Below are positions 49,628 to 62,800 of a stretch of 64,000 nucleotides of DNA, one piece after another. Source of the stretch: Diplonema japonicum (taxonomy: Eukaryota > Protista > Euglenozoa: Diplonemea); the NCBI GenBank assembly GCA_964019335.1, contig OZ025711.1, positions 124,001 through 188,000 on the forward strand. The letters run 5' to 3'. The translations under genes were made by a program, and so were the position numbers. The first letter of the stretch is position 1. Every line of letters begins with the position of its first letter. The notes beneath the pieces were generated by a model. That model did not search any database. It saw nothing but the letters and a program-made list of their open reading frames with translations, and had not been told where the DNA came from.

Positions 49628-50885
49628 TTTGTTCGTCGTGTGTAGTAAGCTGAAGTTTTATCAGAAAAGGAAATTTAAGCTAATGAGTGAAGAGAGGAGA
49701 GAGAAAATCAGAAAAAGGGGAAAACATGGAGCAGGGGAACAGGGATGGCGAAAAGAAACACGAAGGAACTTCCCCCGCGTACCCCTCCAGAGGGTCAAGA
49801 AGAAAGCCGTAACATTAGAAAAAGAAGGCAAAAAGGCACAACCTACAAAGAAGGACGAGAGCCTGGAACACTCTCTTATTTCTTCAAGGTTTGCCCTGCA
49901 CCTCCTGTTTTCTTCTTGTGTATCCTCGGCTTTCATAGTCTTCCCTTGGGTAGGGGACACAGGGGGCTTTGCGCTTTGTCCTCTTGAGTTTCATTCATTG
50001 TTCAAAAGGTTTTTGGTGGTTGTTTGCTATTTCAACAAAAAAACAGCAACTTCCAAAAGGGTCGTGTGTGAGGGGGTGAAATACAAAAGACACGATAGTT
50101 AAAAGGCCACTTTCAAAGACGGGCCGCACAATAAAATAGAATAAAATGGGGGGGGGGGGGAAATACCTCTAACCTTAGACACAAGGCTGGTGCTGCACTG
50201 TGATTCAATGCAAAAAAAGAAAAAGGGGAGAGGGGGAGCTTCACGTGTTGATCAAACTTAATTGGATACGAGAAGAATATTTCGAGGTAGGAAGGATAAG
50301 CTGCAAGAGTAAAAATAAAAAAATAAAAGGTTGCAAGAAGAAAAAAAAAGACATTGAAGGTTCCAATTCAAAAGTGTTCGCACTTGTACCCTTTTTTGTA
50401 AATTCTATTATTATAGAGTCTGAACCGGACCTCATTCTTGCTGCCCAAAAAGCTACTTCAGCTTTGTGCTTGGTCAGTCAATTGTGGTCGTGTCCTCGAC
50501 TCGATTGGTATACTACTGGTAAAAGTGCTGGGAGGAGGAAGTGGGGAAAGGAAGTTACAAATCAATTCCGCAAAAATAATTGCGAGAAAGACAATCAAGA
50601 AGGAAAAGGCTTGTGGGGGCACGAGTAAAAAAAAAGAAGGCGTCCAGATTGCAAATGTGGAAGCCCGTGAGAGGGATGGTAAGAACAAGAGGTTTACTAC
50701 AAAAAATATTATTTTCTGAGTTAACGCGATCGGTTGGTTTTTTTCTCTTTTTTTTTCATCTTGCCCCTGGCGTTTTGCCATCTTTTCTTGTCATAAAAAA
50801 AAATATTATAAAATTGAAAGGGGGGGAATGGGGTGAATTTGTTTCCGTGGGGAAAGGGGAGGGAAAGAACACTCAATCTTTGTGC

Positions 50886-53800
50886 TCAGTTGACCTTGTC
50901 CTCGTCTCTGAGCATGGTGCGGTTCCCGTCCTCCATTTCGAAGTCATCGAACTTCTTGTTGTTGGACTTGTCGTCCAGCTCACCCTTCTGCTTCTGGCTC
51001 TTGATGAGGGCGAAAACAAGGAAGGCAATGAGGGCCACAATCACGATCCACAGCACAAGGATCAAGGCGGCTGGGAGACATGCTTCGCCCAGCTTCAGCC
51101 CTTCGCAGCACTCCTCGCCGCCGCCTCCATTGCCACCCTTCTCTGTGATGAGACCGGTGTCTGCATCTGGCTCGGCAGTCACCTTGATGGTGTCCTTCCT
51201 GTTCCCGTCACGGTCGTGTGTCACAAGCGGCTTGAAGCTGGTCCCGTCAAACCAGCACACCGTGTACTCGTTCTCGCTCTTTGCCGCCTCGAAGGTCGCC
51301 TTCATGTCCACCAGCAGCTCCATCTCTGACACGGGTTCCACCAACGACATGTTCTGCTGCACCGACTTCATGCAGCTGCCTGCGCCGATCATCAGCGCCT
51401 TGTTGGTCTCCGTCTCCGTGCACTGTGCCAGCTTGCAGTCCTCGACAGGGTCCCCAGTAGTCGCGTTCACCACACGTACCACACGATCCTTCGTGCTGCT
51501 CGCGTTGAAGCACCCGTGGATGATCAGGCTGAACTTCTGGTCCTTCAGTGGCTGATTTGGGTACGCCGTGTACCAGTAAGGGGCCGCGTCCGCACACCCT
51601 CGGAGGCTGCAGTCTGCACCGATCCACCCGCCGTCGCACACGCACAGGTTGTCCTCTCCACACTTCCCGTGGTTCGAACAGGTCCCTTCCCTGCTGCACA
51701 GCGTACACGTCTCCCTGTCGCTCGACTCGTCAAAGCCACACAAGTTGCACTCGGGACCCGACCACCCAGGCTTGCATTTGCAGCACCCCTTGTTGTCCGT
51801 GCCGCACTTCCCGTGGTTCGGGTTCACGATGCACTCCCCGCTTTTCTGCCCAGGGGCTGCCTCTGCGTCCTTCGCCTCCACCCATTTGCACTTGTTTTTC
51901 TCAGAGCCGGTCCCCGCCACACAGGAGTCCTTGCTGTCTCGGATGATGCACGCTCCAGGGTTCTTGGGCACGCACTTGCTCTCATCGGGCAACCACGCGC
52001 ACCCACCGATTCTGCTGTCGCTGTCACAGGGCTGCTCCAACGTGTGCACTGCACAACCCAGTTTCACGCACTTGTTGTCCACCCAGCCGCACCCTGCTTG
52101 TTTCGTGCACACAGGCTCGGAGGTCCTGACAAGACACTCCTCTGCGCACACTGCTTCTCCGCCAGTCCCCATGTCGTCTCCAGTGAACCAGTCGCAGTCT
52201 TCACCAGGATTGCCGAAGCACATCACGCTGCTGGTATGGCGAGCGCAGCCCTTCGCCTGCTCGCACGTAGTGCCGTTCCACGCGCACTGCGCACCGCTCG
52301 CGTCCGTGTTCCTGTCACAAATGACCTCAACAAGGTACTTTGCGCAGCCGCTCTTGTCCACGCACGTGTTATCTTTCCATTGGCACGCAACATCGTCGTT
52401 GCAGTTAGCCTGTGCCGAAGCTGCCTCGGCGTTGTACGAAGCACAACCGTCGACCTCCACGCACTTGCCGTCCGTGGTGTTCCACTTGCAAGCACCACCC
52501 GCCTCCGGTGCTTCGCACGCTGCCGCGTCCGTGTAATACGCACAGTTCTTCTCCACGCACACTTTCTCCACGGTGTCCCACCTGCACTCATCATCTGGGG
52601 TGCAGGTCTTCTCGGCAATGTGCACGGCACACCCAGTCTTGTCCTCGCACTGCGAGGTGGCAGTGTTCCAAGCGCACTCCCCGTCGGCATTGCACTCCGG
52701 GAGGGAAGTGTACACCACACAGCCGTGCCTCTCCTTGCACTCGTTGTCGCTGCTATCCCACTTGCAGTTCGTGTCAGCAACGCACATGTCCTCGGTGAAC
52801 TTGGCGGGGCAGCCGACTTCAGGCTTGCACTCCTCCACACCGGTAACGCCGGTGGCCCACCTGCAGCCTTGTACCGTGTCGCAGCTGTCCTTCACGGTGT
52901 AAGCACACACCTTCCTGGAGCACGAGGCCCCATCCCAGCCACACATGTTCGCGACGTCCGCCTCGCATGCCGCTTGGGCACAGTGCTGCACACACGGGCT
53001 CGCAGCGCACGCGCTCTTCACCATGCTCCACATGCAAGAGCTGTCAGCCTCGCAGCCTGCCGGCATCGTCCACTCTGAGCAGCTGCTCTTGTGCACAGAC
53101 TCCCCGTGCTTGGAAAGGAAGTAGCCGAAAGTGCTGTTCTCGTTGCAGAGGTTCGTGAGGACCTCTTCCAGCTCCTCCATCATCACATCTTGCACGTGGC
53201 TGTTCGATGGGCTTGTCACGAAAGCCTCCATCTTCGCAGTGTCTTTCTCGTCCTGCGTGCTAGACGTGCTGTACAGCCTGACGTGAACAGCGAACACTTG
53301 CACCTTCTGCTGCTCCAGGAGCCCGGACACCGTTACCATCGAGCTGGCTTCCGCGTCTGGGATGTCTCCGTCGGCGACCACCAGCAACACCTTCTTCCTG
53401 TCTGCAGGCGAGGCATCAAACATCTTCGCAGCCATCTCCATCGCCTGCGTGAGGAACGAAGCATCGGTTGCGTGCGACGTGAACTGGTCCTCGTGCCAGT
53501 GCACATCTGCGTCGACTTCTGCAAGCACACCAGACAACCTGCCCTCAGTGCCGGTTCCAGCAGGAGCCTTCATTGCTTCTCCCCGCGCGGAGAACTGCAC
53601 CATACCAACACGGAAGCCTGAGGCCAACGACGCGTCGCTCGCCACACCTGCTGCCTCTCCCGACAGCGGCAGGGTCTTCGCAAGGTCCAGCACCATTTCC
53701 GTCACCGCGAAGAAGCCGTGTGGGTGGCGCCCGAAGCGCTCGCCCATGCTGAGGGACCCGTCGATCGCGACCACAAGGTCCACGGCAGGGCAGTTCGCAA

Positions 53801-56800
53801 ACATCGACGCCGCACACTTCAAGGTTTTTGCGTCCCACATGCACCCGGGCGTCTGGCCGCACGAACACGGCGCTGTCTCGCCCTTGCAGAGGAGCACACC
53901 CTCGTCGCACTTCATCTTAGTCTTGTCCCAGGCACAGCCGTCCGTGGCGCCCTTGTCTGCTGCCTCACAATCTGCCTCCGTTCCATACTTCCTGCACACC
54001 TTCACGCCGCAGTGGGCGGGTGAGTGCGCAGTCTTCCATTCACAGTCTCCGCTAACGTCCGTGTTGCATTCCTTCTCGTTCGTCTGGGCAACGCACCCGT
54101 TTACCACCGTGCAGACACCGCCCTCCCATTTGCAGTCGAACGAGTGCTTCTCACACTCTGTCTGCATCGTGTACGGTACGCACGGCTTCTCCACGCACTG
54201 ATCGATCGCACCGTCCCACTGACAGTTCGTCTTCACATCGCACGGCATCTGCGTCTTGTCATTGCACTCCTTGATCTTGCAGATGGAGGTCACGTCGTCC
54301 CACTCGCACCCGTGGGGGTCTGCCACGCAACCGTCCTCTGAGGTTGCCGTACACGGCATCACCACACAGGTCGCTGTGGTGGACCAGAAGCACTCCGCCG
54401 CCCTGCATGCATTCTCCGTCGTCTGCGTGCACTCTACGGTCCTCCCGCAGCCCCCGTCGGCCCACGCGCACGCCTTGTCCTGTTCGTCCTTGTTCGCCTC
54501 GCAGATCGCCTGCGAGCAGTGCTTGTGGCACGAGCTCCACTGGCACGCCACGTCAACATCGTTCCAGACGCACAGCCCGTCCTTCCAGCAGGTTGCCGCC
54601 TCGTTGTACGAACCACACGGCACGTGCCCAGCCCCCGTCGCCCCCTGGTAGGCCAGGATGATTTCCCCGAACTTGCTGTTCGGGTTGCAGAAATCCTTCA
54701 GCACAGTGTTCGAGAAGTCGTCCAGCGGGATGTTCATGTAGTGGTCCTCCCTCGGCTCCGACACGATGGTCGAGAGCACCTGCTCCGCATCGATGTCCGT
54801 CTGCGTGTGCTGGGAAAATCTCCTAAGCACCACACCGAAGGTCTGCACACCCTGCCCGTCTAACACGGCCCGTGCCGCGCTCAGCTGCGAGGCGTCGTGG
54901 ATCTTTCCGTCCGTCAGGATGAGCAGGATCCTTGCCCTGCCGCTGGCGGCCGCCGACTGGAACATCAACCCCGCGTAATTCAGGGCTTCCGAAATGTAGG
55001 TCTGCTGCATGGCATAGTTGGTCTCGTGCCAATCAAGGTCCACTTGCAGCTCTGCAAGGTTCCCAGAGAAGCGGCCACCTGTGCCTGTTCCGGGCGGTGT
55101 CTTCAGGGCGCCGTTGGAAGGTGAGAACTGGATAAGGCCGACCCTCACACCAGGGGCCGGCGCTGTCGCAGTCCCCGCGGGCTCATTCGTGAGGGGAAGG
55201 GTCTTGAACCAGTCCCTCAGAGACTCGATCATGGCGTAGAAGCCGTGCGGGTGGCGCCCGAAGGACTGGCTCATCGAACCAGACCCGTCGAACACAACGG
55301 CGACGTCCATCGAGGGGCAACCACCGAAGTCCACGTTCTTGCAGACTGTGCTCTGCTTGTCCCACGTGCAGAACTCCCTCTCGTTGCACGCGCACTGGTC
55401 CGCAAGGTCCGAGCACACCACTTCCTTGCAGAGGTTGTCACTGCTGCTCCAAGCACACTTCGTGTCGTCGTTGCACAAGCCCTCCGACTTCATTTTCCTG
55501 CAGTACTTCTCGCTGCAGATGGTTGGGGACTCGCTAACGTCCCAGTGGCAGGCCTCGTCATGGTCGCAGGTCTTCTCATCCAGGTGCTGCACGCACGGCT
55601 TCGTCGTGCACTTGTTCGCCTCCCACTGGCACCTCCTGTTGTCCTTCAAACACTCCGTGGGGTTGGTGGTGGTACAAGGCTCCTCCACACACGAAACCCA
55701 CGCCTGCGTTCCCACAACCGCGGCATCCCACGTGCACGTAGGGTCCAGGTTGCAAGCCTCTTTAACGGTGTACGTGCACGGGCGCGGCAAACAGTGGTCC
55801 TTCTGGCTGTCCCAAATGCAGCCCACTGGGTCGCTCAAACAGCCGGATTCCGCTTGGTGTTGGCACTCCTTCTCCACACACACAGAGCTTGTTGCCTTCC
55901 ACTCGCAACCAGGGTCAGCCGCGCACTCCGAGATCGGGTGGTCGCAGATGGGCTTCTTGTAGCAGATCTTCTCGGTGGCATCCCACTCGCAAAGGTTCGA
56001 AGAGTCTGCCTTGCAGACATCTTCGTCGCAGTGGCGGACGCACGCCGAGTCGGAGCACACCAGGAGGGAAGCACTCCACCTGCAAGCCGCGTCCTTGTTG
56101 CAGACGTTCTTCTCGAAGTACATGGGGCAAGGCTGCTTCGGTTTCAAGGCACCCGCACCTCCCTCAGCCGACGCAATCAGGCGCCCGAATTGCTGCGAGG
56201 GGTCACACAGGGTGTCCAGAATGGTCTTCAGGTCCTCGATCTGGGCGTCCAAGAAGTGCTCATCCCTCACGTTGCTCAGCACGTTCAGCATCGCGTCCCT
56301 CGCGTCGCCTGCCGTCGAGGGGAAGGCAGCAGCGGGGCGCAGCAGCACGCCGAATACCTTCACACCAGCACCAAACAGGGAGCTCACAGCAGCGTTTGCC
56401 TCAGCCCTCCCAGCATCCATGATGATGCTGTCGGAGATCACGATGAGCACCTTCTTCCTGTCGGGCCTGGTAAACATCGCCTGCGCCAACTGCAGAGCCC
56501 CTGCAATATACGCATCACTGGTGTCAATCATCTTTGCCTCTTGGTAGTCCAGGTCTGCCTCAAGCTCAGACAGCATACCGGTGACGTGACCGCCGCTCCC
56601 CACTGTGGGGCCGGTCTTCGTGGCACGGCCCTGGGCAGCAAACTGCACAACACCCAAGCGCACACCGCCACCCACTTTCACAGATGCTGCGATCTTCCCG
56701 GTGTCCCCAGACAGGGGGAGCGTTTTGGCCCAGTCCCTAAGGAACTCCATCACCGCCTGGTAGCCGCTGCCGTGGCGCCCGAAGGCGCTCTTCATGGAGG

Positions 56801-59800
56801 TCGTTCCGTCCACCAGCACCACCACGTCCATCAAGGGGCAACCACCAAAGGAACCAGACACGCAAGCACCACCATTCACATTGAAGGATGTATCCCAGTA
56901 GCAGCCTAGGTCCTTGTTGCAGGGACACGGGGTCGTGATTTCGGAGCAGTCCTTGTCTGCACACTTGTTGTTCGCCACGTCCCAGCTGCAGCGGAGCTCT
57001 GGGTCCGTCTCGCACGCCCCCTCAGAGGTGTACTTCAAGCACACCTTCACGTCGCACTTGGAAGGCGACTCACTCACATCCCAGTGGCAGTCCTTGTCGT
57101 GGTCACAAGTCTGTTCATCGTCGTGCTGCCTGCACTTCTTAAACTTACAGACAGTATCCCACTCACACGCGTCGTCAACAACACACGTTGTCTCATCCAT
57201 GGCAGTGCACCTCTTCTTCTTGCAATGATCAACAGACCATTCGCAGACCTCTGGAGCTGCCACGCACTCTTGCTCCGTAGAGTACGTGCACTCTTTCTTG
57301 GTGCACTCCGAGGTCTTTGAGTTCCATTCACACACGTTGGGGTCCGTGATGCAACTGTCCTCTGCATGGTGGCCCACGCAAGGCTTCTCTACGCAGCGGT
57401 AGACGTTCACATCCACCATCACCCATGCGCAGCCACCGTTCTCCGTCACAGCGTCGCAAGTAGGCTGTGTCTGTTGGCCGGGGCAAGTCGGAGGCTTCTT
57501 GAAGCACGAGCCCTCCTGGGTCCACTCGCACGCTGTGTCGGCAGTGCACGCGGTCTGGTCGCAACCGTGCGACCTGCACGGGTGCGCGGTACACTGCAAC
57601 AGAGACTCAGACCACACGCAACCAGTGTCAGCCCGGCAGTTTCCTACGACTGAGTATGTGGAACACGGCTGGTTAGCGCCAGACGCAGGGGTCATATCCT
57701 TGAGCATAGCTGCCCCGAATGTCTTTGTCCTGTCACACAAGGCAGAGAGGACCTTTTCGTTGAGCTCGTCGATCTCGAGGTCCAAGAAGTGCTCGGCGTG
57801 GGTAACAGAGACCAAGGCCTTCATCTGGTTCGCAGCAGCGTTGTCCTCGGTGGTCCTTGTGCTGAGGCGGCGTACTGTCGCACCGAACACCTGGACAGTC
57901 GGGTCAAGCGTGGCCATCGCAAGCTTCAGCTTGTCCTCGTCAGATACCTTCCCGCTGGTAAGCATCAGCACCACCTGCTTCCTCGTCGTGGGGCTCTGGC
58001 TCGAGAGTACCGTTTCGGCATGGGTCGCTGCCTTCTCCATGAAGCGACCGTTCCCTCCGAGCATGTTGGCCGAGTGGAAGGCCAGGTCACCGAGGAGCTG
58101 GTTCAGGTCACCAGACAACAAACCAGCTGCGGAGGGTGTCGCGGGGTTCGTCGGACTCGTCACCAGCATTGGCTGCACGCTAGGGCCGATCTGAACGAAA
58201 GCAACTCTGGTGCCCGCAGTCTTTGCAGATGTCTTTGGCACGATGTACGAGTCCCCGTTCAAGGGAAGGCTCCTCACCCAATCTTTCAGCATCTCCATCA
58301 GCGCGTCGAAGCCGTTGGGGTGGCGTCCGAAGCCCCCCTGCATGGAGTCCGTACCATCGAACATGACCACGATGTCGAGTGGTGGGCAAGCACCGAAGGC
58401 TGCCTCCACGCACGACTTCCTCGACTCCACCCAGAAGCAGCTGGGGTCTGCTGCGCAATCGCAAGGTTTTCCGTTGTTTCTCATGCAAGTCGAGGGCACG
58501 CAGGTGCTACCGTCCCAGTCACATGCGGCGTCAGAGTTACAGCCAGCCTCGTCAGTCCACCTCGAGCAGTAGGTCTCCTTGCAGTAGGAGGGCGACGCGT
58601 TTACTTCCCACTCACACCCGGCCTCCGAGATGCACGACCCTTCCTCCAGGTGTTCCGCACACCTTTTCTTTTCACACTTCGTTGCCTTCCAGTCGCACTT
58701 CATATCATCCGTGCACTCCTTCTCAGCTGTGTATGTGCACACCTTGGGCCCGCACACCGAAGAGGTCGGGTCCCAGTCGCATTCTTCGTCGTCAATGCAG
58801 TCCACACTCGTGGTGTGCAGGCATTTCTTCACAGTGCACTTATCCGAAGTCCACTCGCAGCCAACAAGGTCCGACACGCATGCGGGCTCGGTGTGGTGCT
58901 GGCACGGTGTGGGCTCACACCTGTCGTTCGTCCACATGCACTCGTAGTCTGCCATGCACCCCTGCTCGTCCACGTAGGCACAGATCTTCTCCTTCGTGCA
59001 AGTCGAGTCGCCGGTCACATTGAACTGGCAACGGTTCGCAGGGTCCGAGAGGTCCTCGCACAGATTCTTCGAACAGTACTGCAGGCATGGCGTCACCGTG
59101 CACGCCACCAACCCGTCGTTCCAGGCGCACCCAGAATCGCGGTTGCACTCAGGAGAGCTGCTGTGGAATGAACAAGGAAGGTGAGAGTCGGTGGTCTTGA
59201 GATCTACCAGCCAGCTTCCCCACGCTGTGCTCGGGTTGCACCACTTGTCGAATACTTCTTCCTTCAGGTTGTCAATGGCAATGTTCTTGAAGTGTGCATC
59301 CGTCGGCTCTGTCACGATGGGCTTCAAGGAGGCTTCAGCGTCATTGTCCAGAGTCGCGTGCGAGTCACTCCTCCTCACCACAATCCCGACCAGGTGTGCA
59401 CCGATAGCCTGAATCTTTCCAAGAGGACCGGAGAGCATGCTTTCGTCCATCACAGGGCTGCCCAAGAGCACCAACACGATCTTTTTCCTTCCATCCACAG
59501 GGTAGAGAGGGCCAGAGAGCTGACCAACGGCCATGTCAAGGGCTTCATTTAAGAAAGTGTCCTTTGCCACGTGGTTGTGCTCTTGGAAGGACAGGTCTTG
59601 CCTCAATTCCGGAACATAGCCAGAAAGCCTCCCTTTCGCGCCGTCGGCCGACACGAGGGCGGAGTTAGTACCCGCCAGGTTCTTGTCACCGCTGAACTGC
59701 ACGATGGATATCCTTGCAGACCCGGAGGGGTACTTCGTGGGATCCTTCCCTGCTGCACCAAGGTCACCAGCGAGGGGCAGCAAGGACACCCAGTCCTTCA

Positions 59801-62800
59801 GCATCTCGATGAGGGCGTAGTAGCCATTCGGGTGGCGCCCGAAGGACTGCGTCATCGAAGCGGACCCGTCCAGAAGCACCACAATGTCCATGGTGGGGCA
59901 TGCGCCGTAGTGCACGTCAACGCATGTCCCGTCATGCCAGAAGCAGCTCGGGTCGGTCGTGCATTTACAGTGCTCGCCAACGTTTTCACACCTCTTGGTG
60001 TCGCACGCCCCGAAGTCCCAAGCGCAAGCAGGTTCCAGGTCACAAGTAGTCTCGTTGAATTTCGAGCAGTACTTCTCCTTGCACATACCAGGCGAAGTGG
60101 TCGGGTCCCATTCACACTGGCTCTCCGTCGCCGACGAGCACGAGAGCTCGTCCACGTAGCCCACGCATGGCTTCTCTACGCAGGTGTTGCTAGCAGTGTA
60201 GTCGCACCAGAGCTTGTTCTCGGCCGACTCGCAACAAGTCTGGTTCCCAGTAGAGCACGACACGCACCTCTTCGGCTTGCAGACGTCGCCGTTCTTCCCA
60301 GTAGTGTCCCAGACGCAGATATCAGCAAGGTCGTCACAGCCCACCTTCGTGGTCTGCCTTTGGCATGGCTCGGGTGTGCACTCCTTCTCAACAGAGTCCC
60401 ACACGCAACCCTCCGCGTCCAGGAGACACGGCTCTTCATCTTCATGCTGGCACGGCTTCTCCACGCACTTGCTGTCCTTCCACGTGCACTCAGCGTCCCT
60501 TGAGCACTCAGGATCAGCGGTGTAGCTGCAAGGCGGCTTCTTCGTGCAACCCTGAGTCGCCGTCTCGAACGTGCAGTGGTTGTCCACGTCAGCGTCACAG
60601 CTCGTCTTGTCGCAGTGATCGTAGCAGGGTGTCACACTGCAGCTCAGGGTGGTGTCCGACCACACGCAACCGGTGTTGCGGTTACACGTGATCTTCCCGT
60701 CCAGCTGCACACAGGGGACGGTGCTGTTCCCAGTGCCAGAAGAGCCACCGCCAACGGCAGACACGAACTTGCCCCACTTGCTGTTGGGGTCGCACAACCC
60801 GGTCAGCACTTCCTCCGGGATCTCGTCCATGGTGAGACTCATGAAGTGGTCGTCCTCTTTCTCGGAGACAACCGGCTTCAGGGCGGCCTCAGCCGCGTCA
60901 TCCTGAGCACTGTGCGCGTTGAACCTCCTCACAGCGATACCGAAGGTGATCACCTGCAGCTGCTGCAGTTTCGCCCTCACGGTCGTGAGGCGGTCCCCGT
61001 CCATCAGCACCCCGTCTGTGATGATGATGACGATCCTGCGGCGCCCGTCGAGGGGGGAGTCGTTTGTCAGCATGTCGGCAGCCATGTTGAGCCCCTCCTC
61101 AATGAAGGTGAGCTGCGCCATGTAGTTGTCCTCGTGCCACGTGATGTCCGACTCGAGCTGCACGAGGTCCCCACTGAGGCGGCCGCCGCTGCCCACAGCG
61201 GGCGGTGTCCTCTGCGCAGAGTTCACGACACCACCCGTCGCAGGGTTTACGGAGTTTGGTTCCCCACTGAACTGCACCAGCCCGAGTCTCACGCCGCCGG
61301 TGGACGGGGCGGAGTTCGAGCCCACGGAGGAAAGCTCCCCGCTCAGGGGCAAGGTCTTTACCCAGTCGCGGACCATCTCCATCATGGCGTAGAAGCCGTG
61401 CGGGTGGCGCCCGAAGGACTGGCTCATCGACCCTGACCCGTCCAGCACCAAAACCACGTCAAGGGTCGGGCATTTTCCGAACACCTGTTCCTCACAGCGC
61501 GCGCGGCCCCCAGCGGTCGACCAGAAGCAGGCAGCGTCTTGCTGGCACTCGCACTTCCCGGGGATCGTGTGGCAGGTCTTCTCCACGCACACTTGCTCCG
61601 CCCCGTCCCACTTGCAGCCCGTGTCCAGCCCGCAGGTCGTCTCGTTCTCGAACCTTGCACACGGCTTCAGTTGGCAGCTTCCGGGTGCCGCCGTGGTATC
61701 CCAGTGGCACTTCTTGTCGGCATCGCAAGAGCGGTCGTTGATGTACTCCACGCACGGCCTCACTACGCACTTGGAGCCAACCTCTTCCCACTGGCACAAC
61801 ACGTCGGCCTTGCACTCGTCCTTTACGGTATACGGTGTGCACTTTACAGGGGTGCACTTTGAGCTGCTGTTCCACTCGCACCCGTTGGTCGTGCACTTCG
61901 ACTCCGTGTACATCACACACGGCTTCACCCTGCATTCCGAGTTCTTCCATTCACACACGTACTCCGTGTCTGCAATACACCCGTCTTCCGAGGTGTGGTA
62001 ACAAGGCTTCACCTCGCAGCCCGAGGTCGACGCGTTCCACTGGCAACCCGTTTCCGCCGTGCACGTGGTGACGGTGTCCCCTGCACAAACTGCTTTGCGG
62101 TAGCAGGTCTCATCGCTAGAGTCCCACCCGTTCACGCACTCATTCACAACGTCCTGGTTGCAGGTCGTCTCGTTGCAGTGCATCACACACGGCGACGTCC
62201 CGCACGACAGCTGATTCCACGAGCACCCCACATCCTTCATGCAGTTCTTCTTCGTGGTGTAGGCGTTGCACGGCTGGTGTTTCCCCCCGGCCACCCCCAT
62301 CGCGATCGAGGAACCGAAGTCCGTCGCGGGGTCGCACAATTGCGTCAGCGGGCTGCTGCTCGAGGCGAGCTCGTCCATGTCCACGTTCACGAAGTGCTTG
62401 TCGTGCGGGGACGAGGTGATCGGCTTCAGTGCCTCCTCCGCGTCCGTGTCCACCTTCGTGTGCGACGCGAACCTCCTCACCACGATTCCGAACACCTCGG
62501 CACTGACAGAGTCAAGCTTTGCCTTCGCATCCTCCAGGTACGCCTGGTCCTGGAGCTGCCCGTCAGTGATGACGTACACAGCCCTCCTCCTCCCGTCAGT
62601 GGGGGAGCTCGACAGGATGCTGGCCGCCATCTGCAGACCGAGGTTCACATAGGTTCCCTTCTCCATGAAGTTCGCCTCGTGCCAGTCGAGGTCCGCAGAG
62701 AGCTCCGCGAAGTCGCCCGACAGCCTCCCAGCTGCACCGACACCGGCGGGGGTCTTGATCGCAGACCCGGCAATAGGTGTCTTCGTGAGGGGCGCTGTGG